A DNA stretch of 63,054 bases, filler included, from Gonapodya sp. JEL0774 (taxonomy: Eukaryota): the NCBI GenBank assembly GCA_027604505.1. It is 27 parts of 27 records of this genome, joined end to end, with 100 filler letters (N's around TTAATTAATTAA, not from the genome) between each part and the next. Parts side by side here need not be neighbours in the genome. Positions count along the whole stretch, not along the records: positions 11,777 to 14,023 come from JADIIX010002091.1; positions 14,124 to 16,370 come from JADIIX010002092.1; positions 16,471 to 18,715 come from JADIIX010002093.1; positions 18,816 to 21,060 come from JADIIX010002094.1; positions 21,161 to 23,403 come from JADIIX010002095.1; positions 23,504 to 25,746 come from JADIIX010002096.1; 21 more parts are not named here. The stretch is one strand, 5' to 3'. Numbering within the stretch: the first letter of the stretch is position 1; every line of letters starts with the position of its first letter. The notes beneath the pieces were generated by a model that saw nothing but the letters and a program-made list of their open reading frames with translations, was not told the DNA's origin and made no database searches. Position numbers and translations under genes: made by a program. Shown here one piece after another: positions 12,039-25,024 of the stretch.

Positions 12039-12582
12039 ACTGCTTGGACACTGTAGAAATCTGTAAAATGAAATATGTAATAACGGTTTGAGTTTTGATC
12101 TCACCCGCTTCCAGTCAGGTTTTTAGGGGTTCAGATCAGTGCGGTGAAGGTTGGCGGGCGACCAAGTCTCCAATTTCTGATATCACTTATTGCAACAAGT
12201 CTCTAAAAAATATGTGGAGTGCCGACCTGTGGTACTGTATAAACTGTGATGGAACGCATTCCGCAGCAAGTGCTGTTCGATGTTCAAACAGTCAGATTTT
12301 GGCACCATCAAGCATCCACAACTTAAGGCATTCAGAGCAGCTCAATAAAGTTGTGCGTATTGCAGTTGTGTGCTGGGACATGAGGGGAATGTTGTTTGGT
12401 GAGGGTGTGGGCCCTGCGCAGAGCCTTCTTCACATTTGCAAACATGGAGAAACCAAAAACATAACCAACGAAGAGGTTGCAGACATTAATGCCCAGTAAA
12501 CCATGCACTTCTGGAGTACTTGACGTAATATCACACCGCATTGCTTGATGAAGCGGTATGAAGCCAAGGAGATGTCTGATAC

Positions 12583-14023
12583 TCAACATTCATCTGGACA
12601 AATCATGGTCGAAATCCTTCCTGCCGCTACAGCATGTAAGATTGTCTTGACGCCAAATGGTGCGTTCGCTTCAGTTCTACCCGTGCGCCGAGGAGTATTC
12701 CATTCTACAGGGATCGTCGCGACCAGCGCATCTCCGACAGGATTCACAATGGAGTTGGCGAGAGTCTCGATGAAGCGAGCAGTTGCTGATAAATTAAGTA
12801 CACATAAGTCACCACAAATACCAAAAGCGCGACACTTCCGCATATCTCCGCTTACTCTTTCCCTTTTCCCATGTGTTCCCCAACGCCTGCGTCGCCTTTA
12901 TCGCCGTATTAATGTGACTTTGCGCCTGGAGGGTGAATCCGTGGATGAAAGCCGCTCCCAACGGGTCCGTCAAGGCGTCCTGTGCGACGTTGTCGGCTCT
13001 GTATGAAGGTGCTGTAGCGAGTCTCTGCAGCTCCTTTACCGCGACGAGAAGAGAAACCGCAGACATCGCGACTGATTCAAAGCATTCAGTCTTGGGAACT
13101 CGGCACACCGAATATCGCAAGTGACTCACTCGTGAACCCGTACCCCATCGTCCCAGACTCATACAGCTTATCTCCACCGTACACAGCCATAAATCTATCC
13201 AGGGCCTCAAATGACATTCTCGAATGGTCCAACGACTTGACAAACGCCGGTCCAGACATCCACGCGGCGACAAATGGAGGTGTCGGACTGTTTCTCAATG
13301 TACATTCCGAATCCGAAACGAGCTTCATCATGGCCGATTCATTGACTACGGCACGAATAGGTGCCATCGGCGAGTGCCACAACGCACAGAGTGAATGGAA
13401 CTGGGCGTAGAGAACGAGCGCCCATGGCCGACATTCGATGATCGGGTGGATCAGTTCACCGGTATCGTATGGTGCCGAGGTCGACGAAGTGGCCAAGGTC
13501 TCAATCGATGCACAGGGGATGCCGAGAGCGGCGTAAAAGCGAGCGTACCATGTGGCCATGGTCACAGCGAGCTCGGAGTTGAGCTGCTGGGCTTTGCGAA
13601 ACGCGAGTGATGCAGTGGACTGCCTACTCGAAGATGCAGCAGAGCTGGTTGTGGAAACAGAGCTGGGTGATGATGTGGAACTGCCACGGTCGAGTAACGA
13701 ACTCTGGATTTCTTCCGAAGTCGTGAGAATGCCACGACGACTACAGTGCAGACGCTACGAAGAACCCAAAGTCAGGTCGATGTTCACTACATATTGACGC
13801 GAAATGCCGTAGTTTCATCGCAATAGACGCCGCCACTCACAAACTCCAAAATCTTTTGGACGCAGTGCACGTACAGGGCCATCTCCAGCGCCATGGATCC
13901 CAGGGGCATGTCCGTTGTGTTTTCGATCGGCCACGCGACGTAATCGAAGAAGTGCTCGAGGGTGGGAGTCTCAAAGAGCGATCCCGGTCTCGAGGCGAAT
14001 TTGAGGAGGTTGAGGGGTGTTGT
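12583..14023 (-). CDS. Probable fungal transcription factor C-terminal regulatory region (spliced, partial)
   Basis: Long helical exons linked by GT-AG introns, e.g. LYAQFHSLCALWHSP, AAWMSGPAFVKSLDHSR and ALGNTW, resembling Zn2Cys6 middle-homology C-termini. The end coordinate is uncertain. Confidence 0.45.
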
Positions 14024-14172
14024 NNNNNNNNNNNNNNNNNNNNNNNNNNNNNNNNNNNNNNNNNNNNTTAATTAATTAANNNNNNNNNNNNNNNNNNNNN
14101 NNNNNNNNNNNNNNNNNNNNNNNTGAATTTGCCCTTCACCGTCCTTTGCTGACCCTTATTGTTACCCCCCAG

Positions 14173-14489
14173 TGAGCGCCGCAGCTCCCGGGACCGCTAC
14201 GGCGGTAGCCGCCGCGACGACTACCGTCGGCGTAGCCCCTCCCCTCGCCGGTACCGAGACAGAAGCAGGGACAAGGATTACAAGAGAGACAGGAGCCGCA
14301 GCAGGGATCGGTGAGTGGGACTCTTGAGGAGATTTGCGACATCTCCCTCAACATGGATCCACTCCATACCTTATGATAACTTCAGGTCCCGTCGTGACCG
14401 CACCCGCTCTCGCTCCCGTGACCGTGACTACAAGCCTGCTAGACGTGACTCTCGCTCCAGGTCGAGAGACAGATCGCACAGGGCCTAAC
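14173..14489 (+). CDS. RS-domain (SR-like splicing factor) C-terminus, two exons
   Basis: RRRSPSPRRYRDRSRD...|SRRDRTRSRSRDRD...HRA*, with an intron at about 14312-14386. Confidence 0.8.
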
Positions 14490-14743
14490 GGTACAGCTGT
14501 AGACGACATATGCGACGAGGGATGAATATATGAGGGCAGGGTCCGTGAGGGCGGCAGATGGCGTGTCACTTTATTGGACGGACGTACACCCAACGTGAGA
14601 TAGTTGTAAGCCTAGGTGGTGGGACAGGAGTGTCTGCAACGTACATAATGTAATTTGCGAGAAGGATATACAAAAGATCGTTTCGGTTCAGAAGTGTGGT
14701 AATCAGGTTCGAATAGGACCACGCCGAACTCGAGATTAAACTC

Positions 14744-16370
14744 CTATTCCTCGTTGTCCATCTCCTCCAAAGATTGTTCCACTCCATCTGCTCCCACCAT
14801 CCCCTCCAACATGCGTTGTGCTTCTTCGTTGCCTTGATGTCCAAATACGTAGGTCAGCTGACTGTCCCACTTCCGTGTCCATTTGTATCACCACTCACCC
14901 GGGTCTTCCTCCACCGCTTTTGCCAGTGCCTCGGCCGCTTGGGACACCAGTTCGGCTGCCTCTGAGTCCTCGCTTGGAGGAAGAAGTGCGGCGAGGTGGA
15001 GAAGAGCAAGAGCGAGCTTGTGGAAGGGTAACAACCAGGCGATATCGCAACATCCAGTCAGGACGAGAATGATATTCCTCCAGCAGTATAGGAACAGAAA
15101 GAATGAAAAAGCCTCACCCAGTGCCACGCTACCCCCACTTCCTCCGATTCCGCAGCGTACTGGAGGTGCTCAATCACCTCTCTCACGTCCCGAAGCGCGG
15201 TCGCTTGGTCCGTTTCGTGTTTGGCCGACAGGAACATACCCCGTCCATATAAGAACCGGGCTTCAGGGCTCTCGGTGAAGCGATCAGAGTGATTGGAACG
15301 GAGTGTTTGAAAGGGTGAGGTGAGGTGAGGTAAGAGGTCGGAGCGGACGGTGGCTGCGGCCGATGCTGGGTCGGCCAGATCGAGGTTGAACAAGTCAACA
15401 TCCTGTCTTGAAGTCATGGTAGCCTCAACAAGGCATGCGTCCATCTCACATTCCCCGTGCTTATGAATCTGTCTCCTCCGTCGAACCGGCAACGAAGACA
15501 ACCAGAATTCTTGCATCTCTCGAGCAGCGGTGGTCGATTCACGGATGAGACGGGGGATTGCAGTTTCGGAGATGCTGGTAGTGGGAAGTTCTCGGGACTG
15601 CAGCAGGGGCGCCGTGAGTGGTAGGGTCAGGTAACATTTTGGAGGTGTGGGACATGGTCCAAAAACAAAACCGCGTACCTTCTCGAACGCTTTCACAGCA
15701 CGATTCACGAGAGTAGGCTCGTCTGGGAACAGCCAGTCGAGATTGAAGGAATCTGGCTCACTGTCGTCTTCGTCGTCCGAATCGGATTCGCATCTGGGCC
15801 AGGTGCTCAATCGCCAAGAGAGCTGTTGTGCGAGCGGCGGCAAGAGGTCAAAGCGCCCTCACACAGTTCAGTGTATTCGCTTCACCTACCAAAGCCATCA
15901 GCGTTCGCCCGAGTCCACCCCAAGCATCCGCCACGGTTTTGTTCCACTGATAGACTTCCCCATCGTTCGTCATACCATCAGGAGACGGTATGCAAGTAAT
16001 GTGCTCGTAAGCTGTAATCGCATCCCCCAAAATATCTTCCGACTGGACAAAAGTAGCCAGTTCACGAAGAGATGTCGCGTGCAGGCGGCCAAGGTCGAGT
16101 TTGGATAACGAGTCGGTCGAGGAGGGTGCGCCGACGTCCGATGACACCGCCAGTTCTCGCTCAAAGCTCTCATTGGCTGCCTCGAACAGCTTCTGGACCA
16201 GTGACCGGTGTGATTCCCGGTCTGCACGGGCAGGATCGGCGTCGCTTTCGCCACTTTCTCCGCCAGAGTACGGGTAGTCCGAATCAGTCAAGCGGCCAAA
16301 GAGAGATTTCTCCGAGAGAGCGAGTTTGAGGAGATCGGTGGCACTGGGTCGCTCGAGTGTGCCAGTGTCT
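14744..16370 (-). CDS. Helical/TPR-like hypothetical protein (possibly Ett1/Nro1-like), spliced, 5'-partial
   Basis: Consecutive long exons with acidic loops and TPR-like helices (AWGGLGRTLMAL, VAWHW), ending ...EEMDNEE*. The family assignment is a weak inference. Confidence 0.5.
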
Positions 16371-16470
16371 NNNNNNNNNNNNNNNNNNNNNNNNNNNNNN
16401 NNNNNNNNNNNNNNTTAATTAATTAANNNNNNNNNNNNNNNNNNNNNNNNNNNNNNNNNNNNNNNNNNNN

Positions 16471-17113
16471 AGTACCCCCAAAGAATCCCATCAGGAGGCT
16501 TCTTTGGAGGCCAAAGAGTATGGCAGCACTTCGACCGCCAGCACTAGAGGAGGTGGCTAGACCAAAGTCCCGAAACTTCATTCGCTCAGGAACGGCGCCG
16601 ACGGTCGGAGGTCGGTCATCCGTAGCCGAGACACTTCTGCCACCTCCATCAGAGATACTTCCCGAATATTCCACCACCTCAAGGCCAGGTTCGTCAGGTC
16701 CAAACGTCGGGTCCCTCGAGAGTCAGTCCCCTCAGTCACAATTCTCCGAGCTATCGTCACAACTGCGACGCAACTCACGGAGCTCGGGTGAACGGCCGAA
16801 GAGTACTCCGTGGCATTGGAAGCAAGGTCCCATGGGTGAAGAGATCATGGTCTTCGATATTCCCCCTGGATTTGGTGGAGGGTCAGGTTACGACGAGAAC
16901 TCCCACAGTCATTACGTTCCCGATGCTGCGAATCTAAAACGCCACGCGTCCGTCACGGCAGAGATGTTTCAGATGTTGACGGCGGAGACTCCAGGGATTG
17001 GTAGTTCCACCGCGTCAGGCTTTGAGAATGCTGGATATCAGTCAGAGAGAGACTCCGGTGTGGATCGGGAGACGAGGAGGGTGGCTTCGTGGGAGAGGGA
17101 AAGCAGGTATTAG
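16471..17113 (+). CDS. Ser/Pro-rich disordered C-terminus of an unknown protein
   Basis: More than 200 codons open from the contig start to TAG. Confidence 0.55.
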
Positions 17114-18851
17114 TCGCGACAACGGCTTTCATCGGATATTGAGGGTGTTGTAAGGTTGTGCCGCACGCAGACACGACGTTGTTTGAGATGATCCCGTTGG
17201 TAAGAATAAGTTGACCATTCTGTTTTGTTTACATCTCTTTGTGAATACCGTTGAATGCGACATGGACCGCCAGTTGGAGTGCAGTACTCCGATGTTTCGA
17301 GGGGGAATTGACGATTTTTGCGTTTTGAACTACGTACTTATCAGAATCGAGTGGCAATTTCTCGAAGTGATTAGCAAGTGCGATTGTATGACATGCGCTG
17401 GTCGAATGTACAATAAAAGGATCAATGGAGTTCTAGTCCCAGGTACAGATCCGATATCGGTTTGTGACCTTATTTCATAATTCGTACAGGAAGTCGGGGG
17501 TACGTGACGAAGAGTGCCATGTTAGTACAGATGAGGATATGATTTTATAGCTCGGGAAAGATTATACAAGCTTAGATCAATGCCTGGAAAGAGGACGAAC
17601 TCGTTGCTAGTGTCCGCTCTAGAAATCACAACTGCGACGAGTCGGAAGGAGATCGATGAAATGTGAATGTTCACCGTGCAGACGAGCTGCGATGTTATTC
17701 GGGGACTACCACGAGAAGGTGTTCTGTTTTCGGTTGGAAGGTGCAGATCAACGAGTATCCAAGCTTCAAATACACGAGGGGTGAGCACGTACCACTATAT
17801 GGTCCCCAATAGGAAAGAAGGTAGAGAGAAGGTGTTCGAAAAGTTGGGGAGGGCTTGCGATAGCGATTCGCTCGCAGAGGGTGAATCTGTGGAGACCGGA
17901 AGACTGGGACAGGGAACGGCAAACAGAGAACGCGGCATCGCGGCAAACAGTAGCAAACCCGGTGAAGTTAATCAATTCGAAGAATTCCAGTGTCAGGAGG
18001 GCCAGTTGCAAGGTCAATGGACTCGGACAACGACACCGAAATCACGCGTTTCCGCCCGTATAAAAGACCGACCACACACTCGTGCCAGGAGACAAAAGTC
18101 TGGCAAAACCGGCACACGTCCCACGGACCGCCTCCTCTCGTAGAGGAGGGATGATCCTTCGTACGCTTCGGGTATCGTTAAAGAATGACCGCCATACGTG
18201 CATCCTGGCGACGAAGTACAAGAGCAATCGGGACGGGACATTACAGAGAATAACAGCCCTACAATGGGAGCGTGAGACGCTCACATGCGTGAGAGTTCGA
18301 TGTCGCGGAAGTGGGAGCAGAGAAGCACGTGCTTCATTAGGCTGGTTTGACGATTCGCCAGAGAAAACTGCCGAGATTCCGCCGGATGCCCGGTAGAAAG
18401 GGCAGACGAGCCGGGCGACAGGAAGACGACGAGGAGGACGGTGAGAAACCGCAGGGGGCACTGGATGGATGAACCCGGTAGCTGCAAGCGGCAGCTGGAT
18501 GGCTGTGCTGGATTTTCATTCGGTATTGTCGCGACACTGACTGGGCAATGAACTCTTTGCCTTGTTACGGAGGGAAAAGTTCCATGTGTATGTCGCCGCA
18601 GCAACTCATGCCGAACCCCACAACATATATACATACTCTTTTGACCACTTGATTTCTCGTTAGCAATGGAGTACACTTCTATCGCCGACGCCGACATCGA
18701 AATTAATCGCCGCCCNNNNNNNNNNNNNNNNNNNNNNNNNNNNNNNNNNNNNNNNNNNNTTAATTAATTAANNNNNNNNNNNNNNNNNNNNNNNNNNNNN
18801 NNNNNNNNNNNNNNNGTCACCAATACACAACAACTTGAATCTACTACAAGC

Positions 18852-19742
18852 ATGCCAATCGAGCGGGGAACAGCCTCTCCTACCATCGAAACGTCCACCG
18901 GCAAGTACTTCACGTGGAACTCGACCTCTCTTCTCGTCCTCATGCGCCATGCAAACGTAATCCGGCCGTTTGAGGCAACAGGAAAGCAGGACACCATGCA
19001 GAAGCGCTGGATGGACATCGCGGAGGGCATGAGGAAGGAGAACCCCGTGCTGTACGCCAAGGTAACACACCAGAACACTGATCGCCGAGTCAAGAGTCTC
19101 GTGATCGCCTGGGAGCAACGAAACACTGTTTCGGAAAAGCTCACAGGTGAGAACGAGGAAGAGTCTACGTTGGATGCGATGGTGGAAGAGTATGCAAACG
19201 CGGTGAGTGACTGAATACAATGTGTTTCTTGGGTTCGTTTTGGATATCACCATTGCACACATACAACACAACAGCAAGCCGCCTTCAACGCCAACCTTGC
19301 CGACAACAAGGAAAATGTGTTAGCCGAAAGGAAACGGGATATGAAGCTTGCAGCTGGTGAGTGGGAGTGGTGTTGGCTTGTTGCTGTCATGTTGACCCAC
19401 TACCCCATCAGACATCAGACAGAACGCCACAGAAACGCTCTCCAAGAAGCGTCCGCTAGGAATGGGTGATGGGGACGAGGATTGGACCTCGGAGGACATC
19501 ACAAAAAGGAAGAAAAGGGGTAGGACAGCGTCAGATGCCCGGAACAGCCTTCTTAGGCTTGAGGAATTACTGAAGGAGGACAGCCACGAGAAGGAAGGAT
19601 ATTTGGCAATAGCAAGACGAGCAGAGGATAGGAGAATGAAGGAGTTGGAGCTGAAGGAGAGGAAGAGCAAGTGAAGTTGGCTGCTGCAAACCAACAGATG
19701 ATGATGGAGATGTTTAAAAATTATTTAAGCCACAAACAGTAG
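18852..19742 (+). CDS. Harbinger-associated Myb/SANT-like DNA-binding protein (2 introns; 1-nt frameshift near 19665)
   Basis: FTW......LM....IRPF......KRWMDIA......TDRRVKSL...W, followed by a coiled-coil tail ending MMMEMFKNYLSHKQ*. Introns at about 19203-19273 and 19356-19411. Confidence 0.75.
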
Positions 19743-20988
19743 CTGTGTATTTAATATAAAGTCGCTACATGCTTGCAAATAGGTCTCGATTGAAGGGGGA
19801 TTGACACTGAACTTCTCACTTGTTTCACATCCATAAAAACATGTATGAACATTAGCCAAGAAAATACCAACACGATAATAAGACGCTACTGGTGACAGCT
19901 CTACTTTCAGTGTCCGATAGTAATTCAAAAACGCAAAAAGCGTTGCTGGCTTGTCCCATGCCCACTCAATCGCCACCCTCACTGCACTGTTCGAACTGTT
20001 GTAGTGCTGCTGCTCTGGCGTCAAGCTCGGCAGCTTCCAAGGTCCAACTAGATGCCTGTTGCCGGGTTGGTAGGCGGGGTCTCCGTAGATTTGGTATGGT
20101 TCATGGTTTGGCCCAAAAGCTGTGCACCGAAAAACTTTGAGAATTGTTGAGGAAACAGTACTCAATCATCAACTCACCATGCTGTGCTAGTATATCATTG
20201 AGGCCACTCAGCCTATAAATCGTGATGTCGTGATCCGGGCCCAGAAAAGGTCCACATAGATGTATGACGATCCCATCCGGGGTTACCACTCCTTGGAACT
20301 TCAGTGAATGCTGGCGTTTATGTCCACTGTAGAACTTCCTTTGATGATGCGTTGGTCACGCTATTCGACGCTCTGTTCCGTCGATGAATCCACACACTGT
20401 TTGAAGCGGGGATCCGGCAGTGTGCACAGCGTGGCAAAACTGCTCTAGCAGCACTGGAGTCAGCCGCTGAGCATCCCAAGTCAAAATTTCATTTGATTTT
20501 TGTGTGATTTCATCCACAAGATATGAGACTACGCGTGAGAGTTCGTCCGCGGAGCGACCGAATGTGAGAGCAATGTCGGCAAGGCGATTTGGGAACGTGA
20601 AACGTCGAAGCAGCACACAGAGTGCCTCAATCCCAAGAAAGCGAAGTCGGTTTTCTAGAATGATGGTTTCGGGGATGCCGAGTGCCGCTTTGAGGTGAAA
20701 CAGGTCGGTTTTCTTGAACCTGACAATTGGAGCAAAAATTCAAGACAACGGGACCCCAAGGTTGCCGATGGCAGTCACCACTCACCTAAAACGATGAACA
20801 CAGTCGGCATCTGAAAGCGCTCCCAGATCCAGGCGTGCTGCAGGGAACGCTGGTCGCTCTGGCGGAAGCAGACTCGCCGCAAACGCCATAATTGCCGCAA
20901 GCAACAATCGGCGCCTTCTCCTGATCCTCTCTAGTCTAAGGCTCACAAATGAAAAAGAATCGTCGGAGTCAGAGGTGTCCCCGTCCAT
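19725..20988 (-). pseudogene. Harbinger (HARBI1-like) DDE transposase with a premature stop
   Basis: GFIDGT, YSGHKRQHSLKFQGVVTPDG, DHD, YGDPAY and AVRVAIEW motifs. Introns at 20720-20785 and about 20120-20178. In-frame TGA at 20356-20358 where RRIA(R)P is expected. Confidence 0.9.
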
Positions 20989-21187
20989 GAAAGTGGTTGC
21001 GGAAAATTGGGAGCTGGTTTGAGTGCGCAAGGTCGCTCGGCTATTTAGTTTTTCACTTCANNNNNNNNNNNNNNNNNNNNNNNNNNNNNNNNNNNNNNNN
21101 NNNNTTAATTAATTAANNNNNNNNNNNNNNNNNNNNNNNNNNNNNNNNNNNNNNNNNNNNTTGCAACTTCATCATCTGTCGCAGATG

Positions 21188-23403
21188 CTACGAACACTCA
21201 CATGGAACAAGATGAATCTCCTCCATTAGTGCATCCTGAGGAACCTCACCCTCAAACACATGCGGTATTTCAAAGCAATGAATGACTCGATCAATTGCTG
21301 ACCGACTTTTAATCATCAAGATACCCCAAGGACCTGGGGACGCGACATCTGACTGATCCAGCCTGCGTGACAGCCATGATGTGTCAAGCACTCCGCGATT
21401 CCACATGCTCCATTCAATTCCGTGCCCCCCTGCCTCACGAAGAACGGTGGCCATCCTACTCGGAGTAGCCCAACCACCGTGAGTGTGGAACACTGAAATT
21501 CGGACTTGCTCCACCGAACCCGGAAGATTTCGCAAGATCGACGCGAGTTGACGCATGTCACTTCGGGACTCCTCAAACGTACTCCAAGTTGAGACGAGAA
21601 AAGCAAATTCAAACACTCGAAGATGTGCAGCGACTGGATGTCGTCGTTCATCGCTGCAGGTGAATAATTGGCAATCCTCAAGTGAATCTCCCTTAAAGGT
21701 GGAAAGCAGAAGATACGTGATTTTCGGAAACATGGAGAGGATCGTTGAGTGCTCAGTCTGGATTCAATATCATCAGGAGTGCGCGAGGGGAATGGATGGT
21801 GATTACTCGCGTTGATAAACCGATAACCAAAGCTTCAGGCCCTCACACTTGAGAAACCTTGCAGCATTAGTTCACTGACGCTCTCAAAGGTAGGAAGCTG
21901 CATTTCTAACGATCTAAAAGTTGGTTCGTCGGGATCGAACCGAAATCTCGTGCCAAACCCGACAGTTTTCAAGCCCCCAAGCTGGGAAAGGCACTCCACA
22001 AACCCCGAACCCTTCCCCAGCGCAAAAGAACGGATGTCAAGATACGAGAGACAAGGACAAGAGTGGCGAATTCGCTGAATGTCGTTTGCACTAAGAGACA
22101 CGACCTCGTGCCACAACCTTTCGCAATGAAGAGTCAGGGAGGTGAGGTTCGGGAAGGCAAAAGCAATTGAGAAAGAGGGTCCGAGATAGTCTCGAATATT
22201 GGGATTTGCCGGGGAATAAGAAATGTGCAGTACACACAGAGAAAGAAGTGTTCCCTTTGCCGCATCAACAAAAGATCTAATTTCCGAAGCTGACATCGTT
22301 TGGTTGCGTTGCCAGTACCCCTTATGTAGAAAAATCATTTGCTTCACCAGAGCCAAGCGTGGTGCTGTGGATGTTGTGTGGGACGATAACGCTCTTCGGA
22401 AGGCATCACGCGCTGCGGGCGCACGGAAGTCCATCGTTTCCCACATGAACTGCAGCGCGATCGGGTAAAATGCCTTGCAAGATATTGCAACATTTACAAG
22501 ATCCGGAAGTGGGAGGAAGTGGAAACATCTCTCGAGGATTTCGGGAGGCAGAGCAGACCGCACTACAAGAACAGCAGATGCAGCAGTGGAGCGGGTTCTC
22601 CGCGCTGACTTATGCCGACCATGAAATACGGTGATAAGCGCGTTTGGGATACCTTGCGAGGTATAGAAGTTGAGCTTTCGCATGGAAAATTGTGAATGAA
22701 GCATCTCTTACTTGAAGGATCCGTCCATGCTTCCCCGCCTCCCCGCAGTTTGACACGATATCGTTCTGCCTGCTCGCACGTTCTTCTTGTTGATCGCCGC
22801 GCAGTCTGATGCTCGAGGACCTCCTCGATGTCCATTGATGTTTGATTCACCAGTGCTTCAGTGATATCCCCCGGCAGAATTTCACACCAACAGTTCAACC
22901 GGCCATCTTCCGAATCAGAATCCGACTCCGATTTCAAGCATTTTCTCCAAGACACACGAAAATGTCAACGGAAACATTTCGGTCGCTCTTTGAGCTTCGT
23001 CAGATTCCTGCCGGTTCCGACTCATCAGACCGGCGAACCTTCCGAATCGTCCCACCAAAAGTGCTCGCAGTTGCAGGAGTCGGGAATAACAGGTACGAGA
23101 AAGGTTGGCTCGCGGTAACTTGAAGATTGGGCAAAACTTCACTTTTGTCGTTGTTCGCCAGCTTGTACGGTGGATACTTACTTGCGCTTGGTTTGAAAAG
23201 CGTGAGCGTGGTAGCGAGCGAACGTGGATATCCCGACATCCACTCCATGCAACTAGATGTGCTCTCGGGAATTCCGCCTGAGGAGATTGGTGAGGCTCAG
23301 CGAGGATGGATGGATCGCCATATAGGAGCTTGACCCCCACAGCTATATCTTCCACTCTCAGAAATCACCGTCGAAATCCTCCGCAGTACCCGACGGCTTT
23401 GCT
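21188..23403 (-). CDS. F-box/LRR-like protein with upstream chromodomain-like exon(s)
   Basis: F-box ALPPEILERCFHFLPLPDLVNVAISCKAFY followed by LRR-like FPNLTSLTL, CPCLSYLDI and FPKITYLLL. The upstream exon MDIEEVLEH...YRVKLRG..EAWTDPS splices in frame through an intron at about 22653-22710. Confidence 0.75.
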
Positions 23404-23503
23404 NNNNNNNNNNNNNNNNNNNNNNNNNNNNNNNNNNNNNNNNNNNNTTAATTAATTAANNNNNNNNNNNNNNNNNNNNNNNNNNNNNNNNNNNNNNNNN
23501 NNN

Positions 23504-24489
23504 TAGACACGAATCACACCTGCCATCAACCGAAATACCTCCACAATGACGGAGTATTGTGGGTTGGTGAGGTTCACCTTGTGATGGGATCCAACGAGAG
23601 ACGCAATTTTCTCGATGAGTTCGAACCGTTCGAACTTGTCGTTATCGCGCATTTTGAGGACAATGCCATACTACAGAGTAATGAGGAAGTGGAAGTGTGT
23701 GCATCAAGGCGGGATCGAGTTTGCCGCCGTCATGCTTTTGACACCGGGAACTGGGCCCCATAAAACATTAGCACTCACAGTGAGAGGTGTTTTATCCTCC
23801 GTGTGGAAAATGGGAGCAAGAACGGCTTTCGCCATTTCTTCAATGTTCTTCATCGACGCCAGGCATGTAAGTGTGAGCGGGGAAAGTCGGTTGCAGTGCC
23901 TGGAAAGCTGCATCAAATCACGCCCGTCCCATTCTCACAAACGCTCACGAGGGATCCTAATTGCTACTCACCTTGTTTTCTTGACCCCTGTTTCTTTCGC
24001 CTGGGTCAACACCCGATGAACAAGGGCCGTCGGATCCACCGGTGCTTGAGTTCGAATGAACAGGATGCAGTGAATACCAAGAGGGAACGAAGCGAATCGC
24101 CTCTTGGATGCTCGAGAGTTTCGGTTCGCTGCTTGGAGGTCAGCGAGCTCTTTGGAAAAATCCTCCTCCACATCGCGAGTCGAGTCATCGTTCTTGGGTC
24201 CAGCTTCGGTTTGGGCTTCGGGCAGTTCAGGAGTCTCCACAGCTCCAGATTCCTCTCCGAGAACCTCTTCACCATACATCTCGTCCGCTGCTTCATTGAA
24301 GAGGTTGAACAGCTCCCGCGTGGCGAATTTCTCTTTGTTCAGTGTATGTGTTACCAGAACACCGCTCCATCCTGGTTCTACTCCAAAGGATTTGGTCGGT
24401 TTGTAGGGATTTTGATGAAATTTTCGCTTGGAGTTCCGAGTTTCTCCTCCATCGTTGCCAGCCGGACGCTTTTTAGGATTATGCGACAT
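23504..24489 (-). CDS. TAN1: THUMP-domain tRNA acetylation adaptor (Tan1/THUMPD1), 3'-partial
   Basis: GVLVT....EK.A.REL.NL, VDPTALVH, KKTR..RLSPL..TC, HKVNLTNPQYSVIVEVF. Confidence 0.92.
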
Positions 24490-25024
24490 TTGGTTTGATG
24501 GGAGTACCGGTGTGAGCGTCCCAGTTCTAGCAACCGCCCGCCCGCCAAACAAAAATGTATCCATCTTCAGACAGAGAGCAATGAGCTCCAAACCTTGCTC
24601 GAATAGGTCGCGATTTCAAATATCTTATCGGGTTATATTGTCCACCTTCAGGGCAGCGAAACAAAGCCTGCGATTCGAGCACACATGTCACGAAACTTTT
24701 TGAAGCTCGCGACTTTATCGGCGAGGTTTTGCTGGTGTGATTGTATAAATCAAGCGTGAGCCGCATGCTTTTTTGAGGTGTGTGGAATTGCCTCACCCCG
24801 GCCAACACCTCCTCGATTGATACCCTTGACATTCATTATGGCCGCGTTCGGCCGCGAGGAGGAGGAGGTGAGCTGGATTTGGATGGATTCCCCGTTGTTG
24901 CGTTCTGCGTCTTTCGTTCTTGGGGCCAGTTCGTGTGCTCACCGTGACGCCACCTCCGATTCGTCGGTTGTCCGTCGCTCCTGCCTCCAATTTCGCCTTT
25001 TCGGACCATGTTGCGATTGTAATA

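Larger units (their letters stand above)
18816..21060. mobile_element. PIF/Harbinger DNA transposon internal region (two convergent genes); TIRs not in contig
   Basis: A DDE_Tnp_4-type transposase on the minus strand plus a Myb/SANT-like ORF on the plus strand, the canonical Harbinger gene pair. Confidence 0.88.

Noticed and set aside
7069..14023. P450 + F-box + transcription factor as a biosynthetic gene cluster
   Set aside because: The genes are on different contigs joined by artificial linkers.
17200..18715. Cluster of short ORFs as a gene or uORF system
   Set aside because: No recognisable motif or consistent exon chain; most likely UTR or intergenic DNA.
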